A DNA stretch of 64,000 nucleotides, from assembly GCA_963822965.1 (NCBI GenBank), contig CAWGJT010000005.1:320001-384000 (forward strand), in the 5' to 3' direction. The translations under genes were made by a program, and so were the position numbers. This stretch comes from an uncultured delta proteobacterium (lineage in GTDB: Bacteria; Myxococcota_A; UBA9160; UBA4427). Of the stretch, positions 56,189-64,000 are shown one piece after another (positions within the stretch are counted from its first letter, which is position 1; every line of letters begins with the position of its first letter). The notes beneath the pieces are model-generated. The model saw only the letters and a program-made list of their open reading frames with translations, had not been told where the DNA came from and did not search any database.

Positions 56189-57442
56189 TCAGGAGCCGAC
56201 CGGCGCGTAGCGCGCGCGGGCCTCCTCGGGCGAGAGCCGCGCCGCCTTCGCGATGGCTTCGAGACGCGACGGATCCGCGAGGTCGGCCGCGGTGATCCGG
56301 CCCTGCAGCGCGAGCGCGGTGCGGAAGGAATCCGTGCCGGTGTCCACCATGCGGACGCGGGTGCGTCCGGTCTTCTGGTCCATGAGCTCGTCGAAGGGGA
56401 TGGGCACGATGCGGCCCTGCTGCCGGGTGATCAGGGCACCGCTCACCCCGTCGAGGAGCGCCCGCACGGCCCCAGCCCCCAGATCGCGCGTGTAGTCCCG
56501 GTCGAACGCGGAGGGCGTCACGCAGCGAAGCTCGTAGCCCACGTCCTTGTTGCCGACGGCGATGGTGACGCCCCGGGCGGCGAGCGTGTCCTTCAGCGCG
56601 TCGGCCAGCACCTTTCCGAAGGGGAGATCCGCCAGACGGATGTGGCCGTGCTCGTCCCGGGCCACGCTCTCGAGCATCTCGAAGTCCTGGGGGTCGATCA
56701 GCTCCGCCACGCCCTCGGCGACCACCGCGACCCCGGACGGATCGCCCTGAGCGAGCCCCTTCACCACGGCGCCCTCGATCACCCGGACCACGTCGTCGAG
56801 ACGGATGGCGCCGGGCGGATACTCCTCCCGGATCAGGCTCACCGAGGCGCCCGCCGCATGCCCCGCACCCAGGGCCAGGTGGCCCGCGTGGCGGCCCATC
56901 ACGATGAGCACGAACCAGCGGTTCGTGGTCCGGCAGTCCTCGTGGATGGTCTCCACGATCTCGCAGGCGTGCTGCCGCGCCGTCTCGTAGCCGAAGGTGG
57001 GAATGCCGCCCGGCAGCGGCAGGTCGTTGTCGATGGTCTTGGGAACGTGCACCACCTGCAGGCGGCCTTCGGAGACGTCCGCCACCCGCTTGGCCGAGAA
57101 GGCGGTGTCGTCCCCGCCGATGGTCACGAGCCGGTCGATTCCCAGGGCGTCCAGCGACTCCACGCAGCGGGTCAGGTGCGCCGCGTCCTTCGTGGGATTG
57201 GCTCTCGACGTGTGGAGGATGGAGCCGCCCTGCTGGTGCAGGCGCGAGACCGACGCGAGGTCGAGCGGCATCACGTGGCGCCGGGAGGCCGCCGCCTCGC
57301 GTCCCTCCATGAGCCACCGGAAGCCGTCCAGGATGCCCAGCACCTCGTGACCGTTCTGCAGGGCCGTCGTCGCGGCCGACCCGATCACGCCGTTGATCCC
57401 GGGCGCCGGCCCGCCCCCCACCACGATTCCGAAGCAACCCAT
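56189..57442 (-). CDS. pfp: PPi-dependent phosphofructokinase
   Basis: GGGPAPGIN, GGDD plus PKTIDND (PPi-type signature), MGR and GYELRC. Confidence 0.9.
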   Translation of the reverse strand: MGCFGIVVGGGPAPGINGVIGSAATTALQNGHEVLGILDGFRWLMEGREAAASRRHVMPLDLASVSRLHQQGGSILHTSRANPTKDAAHLTRCVESLDALGIDRLVTIGGDDTAFSAKRVADVSEGRLQVVHVPKTIDNDLPLPGGIPTFGYETARQHACEIVETIHEDCRTTNRWFVLIVMGRHAGHLALGAGHAAGASVSLIREEYPPGAIRLDDVVRVIEGAVVKGLAQGDPSGVAVVAEGVAELIDPQDFEMLESVARDEHGHIRLADLPFGKVLADALKDTLAARGVTIAVGNKDVGYELRCVTPSAFDRDYTRDLGAGAVRALLDGVSGALITRQQGRIVPIPFDELMDQKTGRTRVRMVDTGTDSFRTALALQGRITAADLADPSRLEAIAKAARLSPEEARARYAPVGS

Positions 57443-57518
57443 CGTCGGTCCCTCCCTCCCGTCCGGTTCCGCTCGCGACCGGAGACAGTAGCGGACGAAT
57501 CCGAGGTAGAGTTCCGTC

Positions 57519-58265
57519 GTGTCCGCCATCGGCATCATTCCCGCCCGTCACGCCTCGACCCGCTTTCCGGGCAAGCCGCTGACGCCCATCGCGGGCGTTC
57601 CCATGGTGCAGCGCGTCTTCGAGCGTACCCGCCGGGCCCGCCACCTGCGCGAGGTCTTCATCGCCACCGACGACGACCGCATCGCCGAGGCGTGCCAGAG
57701 CTTCGGCGCCCCCGTCCTGATGACGCGCCCCGACCACCCGACCGGCACCGATCGCCTGGCCGAAGCCGCCGGGCAGCTCGACGACGACGTCATCGTCAAC
57801 GTCCAGGGCGACGAGCCGCTGATCGAGGGCTTCGTGATCGATGCGGCGGTGGAAGCCCTGCTCGAAGAGGCCGACACCCCGATGGCGACCGTGGTCCACG
57901 CCCTGGAAGGCCCGGGGCGCGAGGACCCGAACCGCGTCAAGGTGGTGCTGGACCGCGCCGGCTACGCGCTCTACTTCTCCCGCAGCCCGATCCCGTACCC
58001 GCGAGGCCACGGGCCCATCCGCAGCTGGCAGCACGTGGGCCTCTACGCCTATCGCCGCTCCTTCCTGCTCGAGTTCGTGACCCTGCCGCGGACGCCGGCC
58101 GAGAAGGCGGAGGAGCTCGAGCAGCTGCGCGCGCTCGAGCACGGCTATCGCATCCGGGTCGCCGTCGTCGAGGGCTGGGAGAGCGTGCCCGTCGACGTGC
58201 CCGAAGACGTGGCGACCGTCGAGGCGCGGCTGGCGCAGCTCACCCGGGGAGGTCGTCCGGCATGA
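57519..58265 (+). CDS. kdsB: 3-deoxy-manno-octulosonate cytidylyltransferase
   Basis: IPARHASTRFPGKPL, TGTDR, VNVQGDEP, YFSRSPIP and ELEQLRAL. Confidence 0.96.
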   Translation: MSAIGIIPARHASTRFPGKPLTPIAGVPMVQRVFERTRRARHLREVFIATDDDRIAEACQSFGAPVLMTRPDHPTGTDRLAEAAGQLDDDVIVNVQGDEPLIEGFVIDAAVEALLEEADTPMATVVHALEGPGREDPNRVKVVLDRAGYALYFSRSPIPYPRGHGPIRSWQHVGLYAYRRSFLLEFVTLPRTPAEKAEELEQLRALEHGYRIRVAVVEGWESVPVDVPEDVATVEARLAQLTRGGRPA

Positions 58266-59218
58266 CCGAGAAGCTCGACGCGGAGACGGTTCGCACCTGG
58301 GGCGAGCACTACTCCAACTGGGGACGTTGGGGTCCGGACGACGAGCGCGGCACCCTGAACTTCATCACGCCGGAGCGGGTGCTGGCGGCGTGCGCGCTGC
58401 CCCGCACGGGTCGGGTCATCTCGTGCGCCCTGCCCTTCGACCAGCGGGGCCCGCAGTCCGGTCTGGCGGGCCGCCACAACCCGATCCACGTCATGCTCGC
58501 GGACGGCGGGGACGCCCTCGCCGGCGCCCAGGACTTCCTGCCCGGCGGCTTCCGCTACGCGGACGACTCCGTCACGATGCCGCTCCAGTGCGGAACCCAG
58601 TGGGACGCGCTGGCGCACGTCTTCTACGACGGACTCATGTACGGCGGCCGGGACGTGAAGCTCGTCACCAGCAGCGGCGCGAAGGCCAACAGCATCGACA
58701 AGATCCGGGACGGCGTGGTGGGCCGGGGCGTGCTGCTCGACATCGCCCGGCACCGGGGCGTCGACTGGCTGGAGAACGGCACGCCCATCCTGCCGGACGA
58801 GCTCGACGCCTGCGCGGAGTCCCTGGGCGTCGCCGTCGAGTCCGGCGACATCGTGCTCGTCCGAACCGGGATGATGACCCGCTGCCTGGCGGAGCGGTCG
58901 TGGCAGGGCTACTGCGGGGGCGCCGCCCCCGGGCTCTCGGTGCACTGCGCGCGCTGGCTGTACGAGCGTGAGGTGGCGGCCGTCTGCACGGACACCTGGG
59001 GCGTCGAGGTGCTTCCGAACGAGACCGCGGACTGCTTCCAGCCCCTGCACATGATCTCGCTGCGCAACACGGGGCTGCTCTTCGGGGAGATCTTCCACCT
59101 CGACGAGCTGGCCGAGGCGTGCCACGCGGATGGCAACTACGCCTTCCTGTTCACGGCCCCACCGCTGCCGATCACGGGAGCCGTCGGCTCTCCGATCAAT
59201 CCCCTCGCCATCAAGTAG
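58262..59218 (+). CDS. cyclase-family (kynurenine formamidase-like) protein
   Basis: SNWGRWGPDDERGTLN, GTQWDALAH, GRGVLLDI, GDIVLVRTG and GAVGSPINPLAIK. Confidence 0.9.
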   Translation: MTEKLDAETVRTWGEHYSNWGRWGPDDERGTLNFITPERVLAACALPRTGRVISCALPFDQRGPQSGLAGRHNPIHVMLADGGDALAGAQDFLPGGFRYADDSVTMPLQCGTQWDALAHVFYDGLMYGGRDVKLVTSSGAKANSIDKIRDGVVGRGVLLDIARHRGVDWLENGTPILPDELDACAESLGVAVESGDIVLVRTGMMTRCLAERSWQGYCGGAAPGLSVHCARWLYEREVAAVCTDTWGVEVLPNETADCFQPLHMISLRNTGLLFGEIFHLDELAEACHADGNYAFLFTAPPLPITGAVGSPINPLAIK

Positions 59219-59320
59219 GCCATCAAGCAGGCCATCGAGCGGGCCGGAGAACAGGCCCTCGGCCGGGACGGGGGGCCGGGGCGGGCGCCCCGGATCGGGG
59301 TCACGCGGGTCCGGGGGGAG

Positions 59321-59647
59321 GACCCTCGGGAGCGGGTTCTGAAGACCCTCTAGCGGCTACGGCTTCCGCGCTCCCGAGGTCGGTGACGCTGGGTGCTTTT
59401 GCGCCCCAGTCGCACCGTGGATCGATGCGCTAGCTAGAGCGCCGTCACCTCACTCGCCGTAGTACAGCTACTTTGCAATTGCTTACCTCCTCATTTCGGC
59501 GAAGAGACGACCAGCGAGGCCCAGTACCCCGCTTTCGATCCTGGTGTCCAGGGTGGGCGCCGTACCCGCCCCTCCAGGCCGCTCCACCCCCGCTGCGGGC
59601 ACGCGCCCGCCCGGGACCGGAACTCGGGAGTGAGTGAGACCCCCTTG
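59321..59647 (-). ncRNA. candidate structured RNA of unknown class (or sORF mRNA)
   Basis: Has its own sigma70 promoter, a multi-helix fold and an AT-rich core; no long coding-like ORF. Confidence 0.5.
59434..59478 (-). CDS. candidate 14-aa small ORF (MQSSCTTASEVTAL)
   Basis: AGGAGGT SD, 6-nt spacer, TTG start, and a TAG stop in a hairpin loop. Confidence 0.3.
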   Translation of the reverse strand: MQSSCTTASEVTAL

Positions 59648-59653
59648 CGACGG

Positions 59654-59682
59654 AACGTATCGGACGGTCCCGGGCCGGTCAA
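59654..59682 (-). promoter_or_regulatory. sigma70-type promoter facing away from purU
   Basis: Minus strand TTGACC (59682-59677)-17 bp-TACGTT (59659-59654). Confidence 0.6.
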
Positions 59683-59796
59683 AAGCGGGGCGGCGTGGGA
59701 CCGGGCTCCAGGCGGCCCGCCCCGGTGCGGGGCCGCTCGCGCGGGGTCGCCGCCGCCCCCTGAAACCGCCCTGGCAGGGGCTAGACTCGCCGGCCC

Positions 59797-60657
59797 ATGA
59801 CCGCGCCGAACTCCGCCACCGTGCTCGTGTCCTGTCCCGACCGCCCCGGGCTCGTGGCCTCCCTGGCCCAGGTCCTCTACGGCCACGGCGCCAACATCCT
59901 GGCCGCCGACCAGCACACGGACTCCGAGGTCGGGCATTTCTTCCAGCGCGTCCGCTTCGACGCCGCCAGCCTGCACACCGACCGCCTCACCCTCCGGCAG
60001 GCCATCGGCGAGGTGGCCGAGCGCTTCGGGATGCAGTGGCGCATCGCATACGACGACCGGGTGAAGCGCGTGGCGATCTTCGTGTCCCGCACCGACCACT
60101 GCCTCTACGACCTGCTGCTGCGCCATCGCGCCGGCGAGCTGCCCTGCGAGATCGCGCTCATCGTGAGCAACCACGAGACCCTCTCCCCCATCGCCGCGCA
60201 GTTCGGCATCCCGTTCCGCGTCTTTCCGATCCGCCCGGAGACCAAGGCCTCCCAGGAGCGCGACGAGCTGGCGCTGCTCAAGCAGGAATCCGTCGATCTC
60301 GTCGTGCTCGCCCGCTACATGCAGATCCTGAGCGCGGACTTCATCGTCGAGTATCAGTCCCGCATCATCAACATCCACCACTCGTTCCTGCCCGCCTTCG
60401 CCGGAGGCCGCCCCTACCACCAGGCGCACGCACGCGGGGTGAAGTGCATCGGCGCCACGGCGCACTACGCCACCGGCGATCTGGACGAGGGGCCGATCAT
60501 CGAGCAGGACGTCGTGCGCGTGACGCACCGCGACTCCCCGGCCGACCTGGTCCGCAAGGGGCGGGACGTGGAGCGGGACGTACTCTCCCGCGCGGTCCGG
60601 GCGCACCTCGAGGACCGCATCCTGGTGTTCGAGAACAAGACCGTGGTGTTCGAGTAG
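59797..60657 (+). CDS. purU: formyltetrahydrofolate deformylase
   Basis: ACT domain CPDRPGLV, LARYMQILS, INIHHSFLPAF, GATAHY and LDEGPIIEQ. Confidence 0.96.
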   Translation: MTAPNSATVLVSCPDRPGLVASLAQVLYGHGANILAADQHTDSEVGHFFQRVRFDAASLHTDRLTLRQAIGEVAERFGMQWRIAYDDRVKRVAIFVSRTDHCLYDLLLRHRAGELPCEIALIVSNHETLSPIAAQFGIPFRVFPIRPETKASQERDELALLKQESVDLVVLARYMQILSADFIVEYQSRIINIHHSFLPAFAGGRPYHQAHARGVKCIGATAHYATGDLDEGPIIEQDVVRVTHRDSPADLVRKGRDVERDVLSRAVRAHLEDRILVFENKTVVFE

Positions 60658-61623
60658 ATGACGTTCCGGCTCTTCGCGCTGACGCTCGCGGCGTGCGTGC
60701 TGGCGGTCGCGTGGGCGGCCTCCTGCGTCATCTGGCGCGCCGCGGAGGTGAACGAGCTGGTGGGGCCGCTCGAGCCCCGCCGCTTCCCGGAGCTCACGGT
60801 GGTGGCGCTGGGCACGGGCAGCCCCTACGAGAACCCCGAACGTCTCGGACCCGTGACGGGCATCGCTTGGGACGACCAGGTGGCGCTGGTCGACGTGGGC
60901 CGCGGGGTGGCGGAGGCCCTGCGGCTCGCGCGCATTCCCGTCACCCAGCCCTCCCGGGTGCTGCTCACGAGCCTGATGCCCGAGAGCACCATGGGCCTGG
61001 ACGACCTGCTCTACACGGCCTGGCTCGAGGACCGCAGCCAGCCGATCGCGGTGTTCGGCCCGTCCGGCACCCGCGCCTTCGTCGAGGGCCTCGACGAGGC
61101 CTATCGCACCGGCCGTGAGGCCCTGGGCCAGGCGCTGGCGCTTCCGTCCGAGGGAGCCCGGCTGGTGGTGACCGAGGTGGACGACGGCTTCCACGCGGAC
61201 TGGGAGGGGCTCTCGGTGTCGGCCGCCGCCCTGCCGGACGGCCCGACGCCCGCGCTGGCCTGGCGCTTCGAGCGCGCCGGCCACAGCGTCGTCGTCTCGG
61301 GCGTCGGCTGGGGGGAGGACCGCCTCGTGGACCTCTCCCAGGGCGCCGACATGCTGCTCCACGAAGCCGTCTACGTGCCGCCGCCCGAGGACGTGGAGGA
61401 TGCGGGGGTGGTCGCCGATCCGGAGCGCCTGCGCCGGGAGGGCGCGATGCACACGTCGCTGCTGCACGTGGGCGAGCTGGGGCGACGCGCCGGGGTCGGC
61501 ACCCTCGTCCTGGTCCGCATGCGGCCGCCGCCCTTCTACGACATCCAGGTCACGGCCTTCGTGGACGACACCTTCCCGGGCCGGGTCGTGGTGCCCGAGG
61601 ACGGCGACGAGCTCGTCCCGTAG
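60658..61623 (+). CDS. RNase Z/AtsA-like metallo-beta-lactamase-fold protein with degenerate metal site and N-terminal TM/signal
   Basis: LGTGSP, LVDVGRG, VFGPSG, ADMLLHEA, HTS and EDG; HxHxDH is replaced by SLMPES. Confidence 0.8.
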   Translation: MTFRLFALTLAACVLAVAWAASCVIWRAAEVNELVGPLEPRRFPELTVVALGTGSPYENPERLGPVTGIAWDDQVALVDVGRGVAEALRLARIPVTQPSRVLLTSLMPESTMGLDDLLYTAWLEDRSQPIAVFGPSGTRAFVEGLDEAYRTGREALGQALALPSEGARLVVTEVDDGFHADWEGLSVSAAALPDGPTPALAWRFERAGHSVVVSGVGWGEDRLVDLSQGADMLLHEAVYVPPPEDVEDAGVVADPERLRREGAMHTSLLHVGELGRRAGVGTLVLVRMRPPPFYDIQVTAFVDDTFPGRVVVPEDGDELVP

Positions 61624-61632
61624 AGGCCCGGG

Positions 61633-63042
61633 TCAGATCGAGATGCCCTTGTCCTGCATGGGAATCACGTGGTCGGGATCGGGAGCGGGGACGATCCAGT
61701 GGCTGGGCGGATCGGGGCGATCTCCCGCAGCCCGCTCGCCCGTGAAGCGCCGGCGCTGCTCGCGGAAGTAGGTCTCTCCCTGCGCGAGCTGGATCGCCTC
61801 ATCGATCACGGCGACGGCGCCCTGGTCGTCCCCCGCCACGAAGAGCACCTCGGCCAGGGTGTCGAGGATGTTCGGGTCCCGCCGGTCGGTCCGCTCCACG
61901 GCCCGCTCGGCCAGGGCGGTCGCGACGTCGAGCTCTTCCGCGTCCGGCTTGCTCTCCGTCACCATCCGCCAGGCCAGGTCGTTGAGCCCGTAGGGGCCCA
62001 CCTCCTTCACCTCCAGGAGGTGCCGGCCGTGGCTCGCCAGGGCCGAAGGATCGCGCTCGATCAGGCGAAAGGCGCTGCTCATCGAGGCGAGCACCGCCAC
62101 GGCCACCGCGATGGCCGCGTAGCGCTGCATGCGGGTGAGCGGCCTGCCGTCGAGAGCGCCTTCGGCGGCCAGGGGCATGATCAGATAGCCCGCCGCCAGG
62201 CCCCCGAGATGGGCGGCGGCCGCCACGAAGGGCAGCACCGCGTCGAGCACCCCCTGCAGCACCAGCATCCACAGGAAGAAGCGGCGCGGGATGCGCCACC
62301 AGGCGGGGAGGCGCTCCGCCTCGTTGAACTCGAGCCACAGCACGGCTCCCACCAGCCCCGCGACCACCGCCGAGGCGCCCAGCACCTGTTGGTAGCCTGC
62401 GATCGCGCTGCCGAGCATGCCGCCCACGCCTCCCGCGGCCATCACCAGGAACGTGCGCACGGCGCCCAGCGGCCGCTCCACCAGCAGCCCGAAGGCCGCG
62501 AGGCACACCATGTTCAGGACGATGTGGAACGGCAGCAGCAGGGAAGGCTCGTGGAGCAGATTCGCCGTCACGATCCGCCACCACTCGCCGACGTTCACGA
62601 GCACCGGCACGAAGACCCCCGCCTGCAGGGTGAACGGATCGGCGAGCTCGAGGACGAAGACCGCGACGCACAGCGCCATCAGCGTGTACGTGGCACGGCG
62701 GGGATGCGGCGCCAGCGCGCGCTCCGCCACCCGACGCATGCGCTCCAGGTGCTCCCGTCCGTCGGGCTCGTCGGCCAGCTGCCAACGGACGGCCTGGACG
62801 AAGCTCTCGGGGTCGCCCTCCCGGACGAAATGCGCCCGGCGGATCAGCAGGGTGGTCTTGCGCGTGGCGATCCAGACGCCGAAGGACGTGGACTCCACGT
62901 GCGTCAGCTCGGCGAAGGGAACGAATCGGCTCTCGAGACCGCGGCGGCCCAGCCCGAGGCGCAGTCCGCCGGGCACCAGGGCGACGAAGCACCCGGCCGG
63001 AAGCAGCTCCCAGCGGGACTCCAGATCGCGATCGGACTGCAT
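61633..63042 (-). CDS. rhomboid intramembrane serine protease with C-terminal TPR-like region
   Basis: GEWWRIVT, HIVLN, GASA, AHLGG, then NDLAW...LDTLAE. Confidence 0.9.
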   Translation of the reverse strand: MQSDRDLESRWELLPAGCFVALVPGGLRLGLGRRGLESRFVPFAELTHVESTSFGVWIATRKTTLLIRRAHFVREGDPESFVQAVRWQLADEPDGREHLERMRRVAERALAPHPRRATYTLMALCVAVFVLELADPFTLQAGVFVPVLVNVGEWWRIVTANLLHEPSLLLPFHIVLNMVCLAAFGLLVERPLGAVRTFLVMAAGGVGGMLGSAIAGYQQVLGASAVVAGLVGAVLWLEFNEAERLPAWWRIPRRFFLWMLVLQGVLDAVLPFVAAAAHLGGLAAGYLIMPLAAEGALDGRPLTRMQRYAAIAVAVAVLASMSSAFRLIERDPSALASHGRHLLEVKEVGPYGLNDLAWRMVTESKPDAEELDVATALAERAVERTDRRDPNILDTLAEVLFVAGDDQGAVAVIDEAIQLAQGETYFREQRRRFTGERAAGDRPDPPSHWIVPAPDPDHVIPMQDKGISI

Positions 63043-63071
63043 GTCGGCCAGGGTAGCGTTCCCCGAAACGG

Positions 63072-63100
63072 GAACGACCCGCCCTCGAGGCGGGTCGTTC
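63072..63100 (-). terminator. perfect 12-bp hairpin downstream of the ActF-like gene
   Basis: GAACGACCCGCC-CTCGA-GGCGGGTCGTTC; only a weak U-tract. Confidence 0.4.
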
Positions 63101-63139
63101 GGAAGACCGTGCGGCTCTCGCTCGCCGACGGCGGGCCCG

Positions 63140-64000
63140 TCAGGACCTGCGTTCGGCGACCGCCAGCGACGGGAAGACCCGGGAGTAGATCAGGAAGACC
63201 AGCGCGAACGCACCCACGAAGCCCGCGAGCACGCCGAGCTGGATCGGGCCGAGCCACGAGAGCTGATCGCCCTTGATGACGGACGGCCAGATCAACAGGT
63301 TGCGCTCGAGCCAGAAGCCGAGCACCACGCCCGCGGCGACGGGGCCGGCGATCCAGACGGTCTTCTTGGGTCGCTCGCCCAGCAGCACCCAGAACGGGAT
63401 GATCCAGTTGAAGAGCCAGACCACCATCGAGAGCCAGCCGTAGCCCTCCCGCAGGCGGGCCCACTGGAAGTTCCAGTCCGTCCAGGTCAGCGCCCAGTCC
63501 ACGGCCCCATAGCCCTTGTCGATGACGAACTGCGGTCCGAGGCGATCGCGGACGAAGCTCGTCTCCTCGGGAAGGTTGCCGTAGTAGATCACCAGGTACT
63601 GGGAAAAGAAGAGGTAGAGCCAGAAGATGCCGAAGGCGAAGATCAGCTTGCCGATGTCGTGCATCCGCTTCTCGCTGATCTGTCCCTCGAAGCCCGGTGC
63701 ATTTCGGTGGAAGAGCCCGATCAGCGCGGTCAGCGAGAGCGCGGAGGCGATGCCGCCCCAGAGCACGTAGGCGCCGAAGAGGTTCGAGAACCAGGCCTGA
63801 TCCATGGACATGACCTGGTCGAAGACCACCAGCGAGAAGCCGATCGCGAAGAAGAGGATGAGCGGCGGCGCCATGCGGCCCAGCTTCGCGTCGGCGGTGT
63901 CCCGCTCCTCCCGGTCGCCCCGCCAGCCGGCGGTCCATCGCTCGGACAGGGTCTTGGCGAAGCCCGTCGCGCCGGGCGAGCCGCCGCCCAGGGTGGGCCG
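63140..64000 (-). CDS. alternative complex III ActF-like (NrfD-superfamily) membrane subunit (5' partial)
   Basis: MSMDQAWFSNLFG, HDIGKLIFAF and FSQYLVIYYGNLPEE; frame is open to the window edge. Confidence 0.8.
   Translation of the reverse strand, partial: RPTLGGGSPGATGFAKTLSERWTAGWRGDREERDTADAKLGRMAPPLILFFAIGFSLVVFDQVMSMDQAWFSNLFGAYVLWGGIASALSLTALIGLFHRNAPGFEGQISEKRMHDIGKLIFAFGIFWLYLFFSQYLVIYYGNLPEETSFVRDRLGPQFVIDKGYGAVDWALTWTDWNFQWARLREGYGWLSMVVWLFNWIIPFWVLLGERPKKTVWIAGPVAAGVVLGFWLERNLLIWPSVIKGDQLSWLGPIQLGVLAGFVGAFALVFLIYSRVFPSLAVAERRS

Noticed and set aside
59321..59650. tmRNA, RNase P, 6S RNA, ZTP riboswitch or retron msr-msd
   Set aside because: No tRNA-like ends with T-loop and CCA, no GAGGAAAGUCC, and a branched rather than rod-like fold. 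Only fragmentary ZTP-like words, with no suitable downstream gene on the minus strand. No reverse transcriptase nearby. A cmscan is still needed.

Overview
High-GC (roughly 70%, estimated by eye) bacterial chromosomal window made up mostly of core genes. mglBA next to dnaX-ybaB-recR and a spirochaete/planctomycete/deltaproteobacterial-type EF-G suggest a Myxococcota-like organism (inference). Housekeeping genes: gltA, fusA, an infA paralog, dnaX-ybaB-recR-mglBA, priA-def-fmt-rsmB-rpe, greA, trkA, PPi-PFK, kdsB and purU. RNA genes: tRNA-Ser(CGA), tRNA-Pro(CGG), tRNA-Asn(GTT) and SRP RNA. Accessory genes: several SDR/LLM oxidoreductases, a Gly-rich autotransporter, an ArsS-like radical SAM/TVP38/MerA-like operon, an ECF sigma/anti-sigma pair, a methyltransferase/sulfotransferase/glycosyltransferase insert between tRNA-Ser and ffs, MMPL and LolA-like genes, a heterodimeric ABC exporter and a partial ActF-like gene. 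Many genes between about 26.8 and 53.6 kb are frameshifted, most likely through sequencing indels. No integrase, transposase, phage gene or CRISPR array was seen. The most unusual unexplained structures are: (i) a stand-alone, promoter-driven, multi-helix RNA of about 300 nt at 59.3-59.65 kb containing a perfect SD and a 14-codon ORF; (ii) a ~570 bp non-coding block at 47.0-47.6 kb made of a 26-bp hairpin tandem array followed by about 27 degenerate units phased at ~11 bp; (iii) an overlapping pair of an ALDH1L1-like formyltransferase and a CblC/QueG-like Fe-S protein; (iv) an RNase Z-fold protein that has lost its metal ligands.
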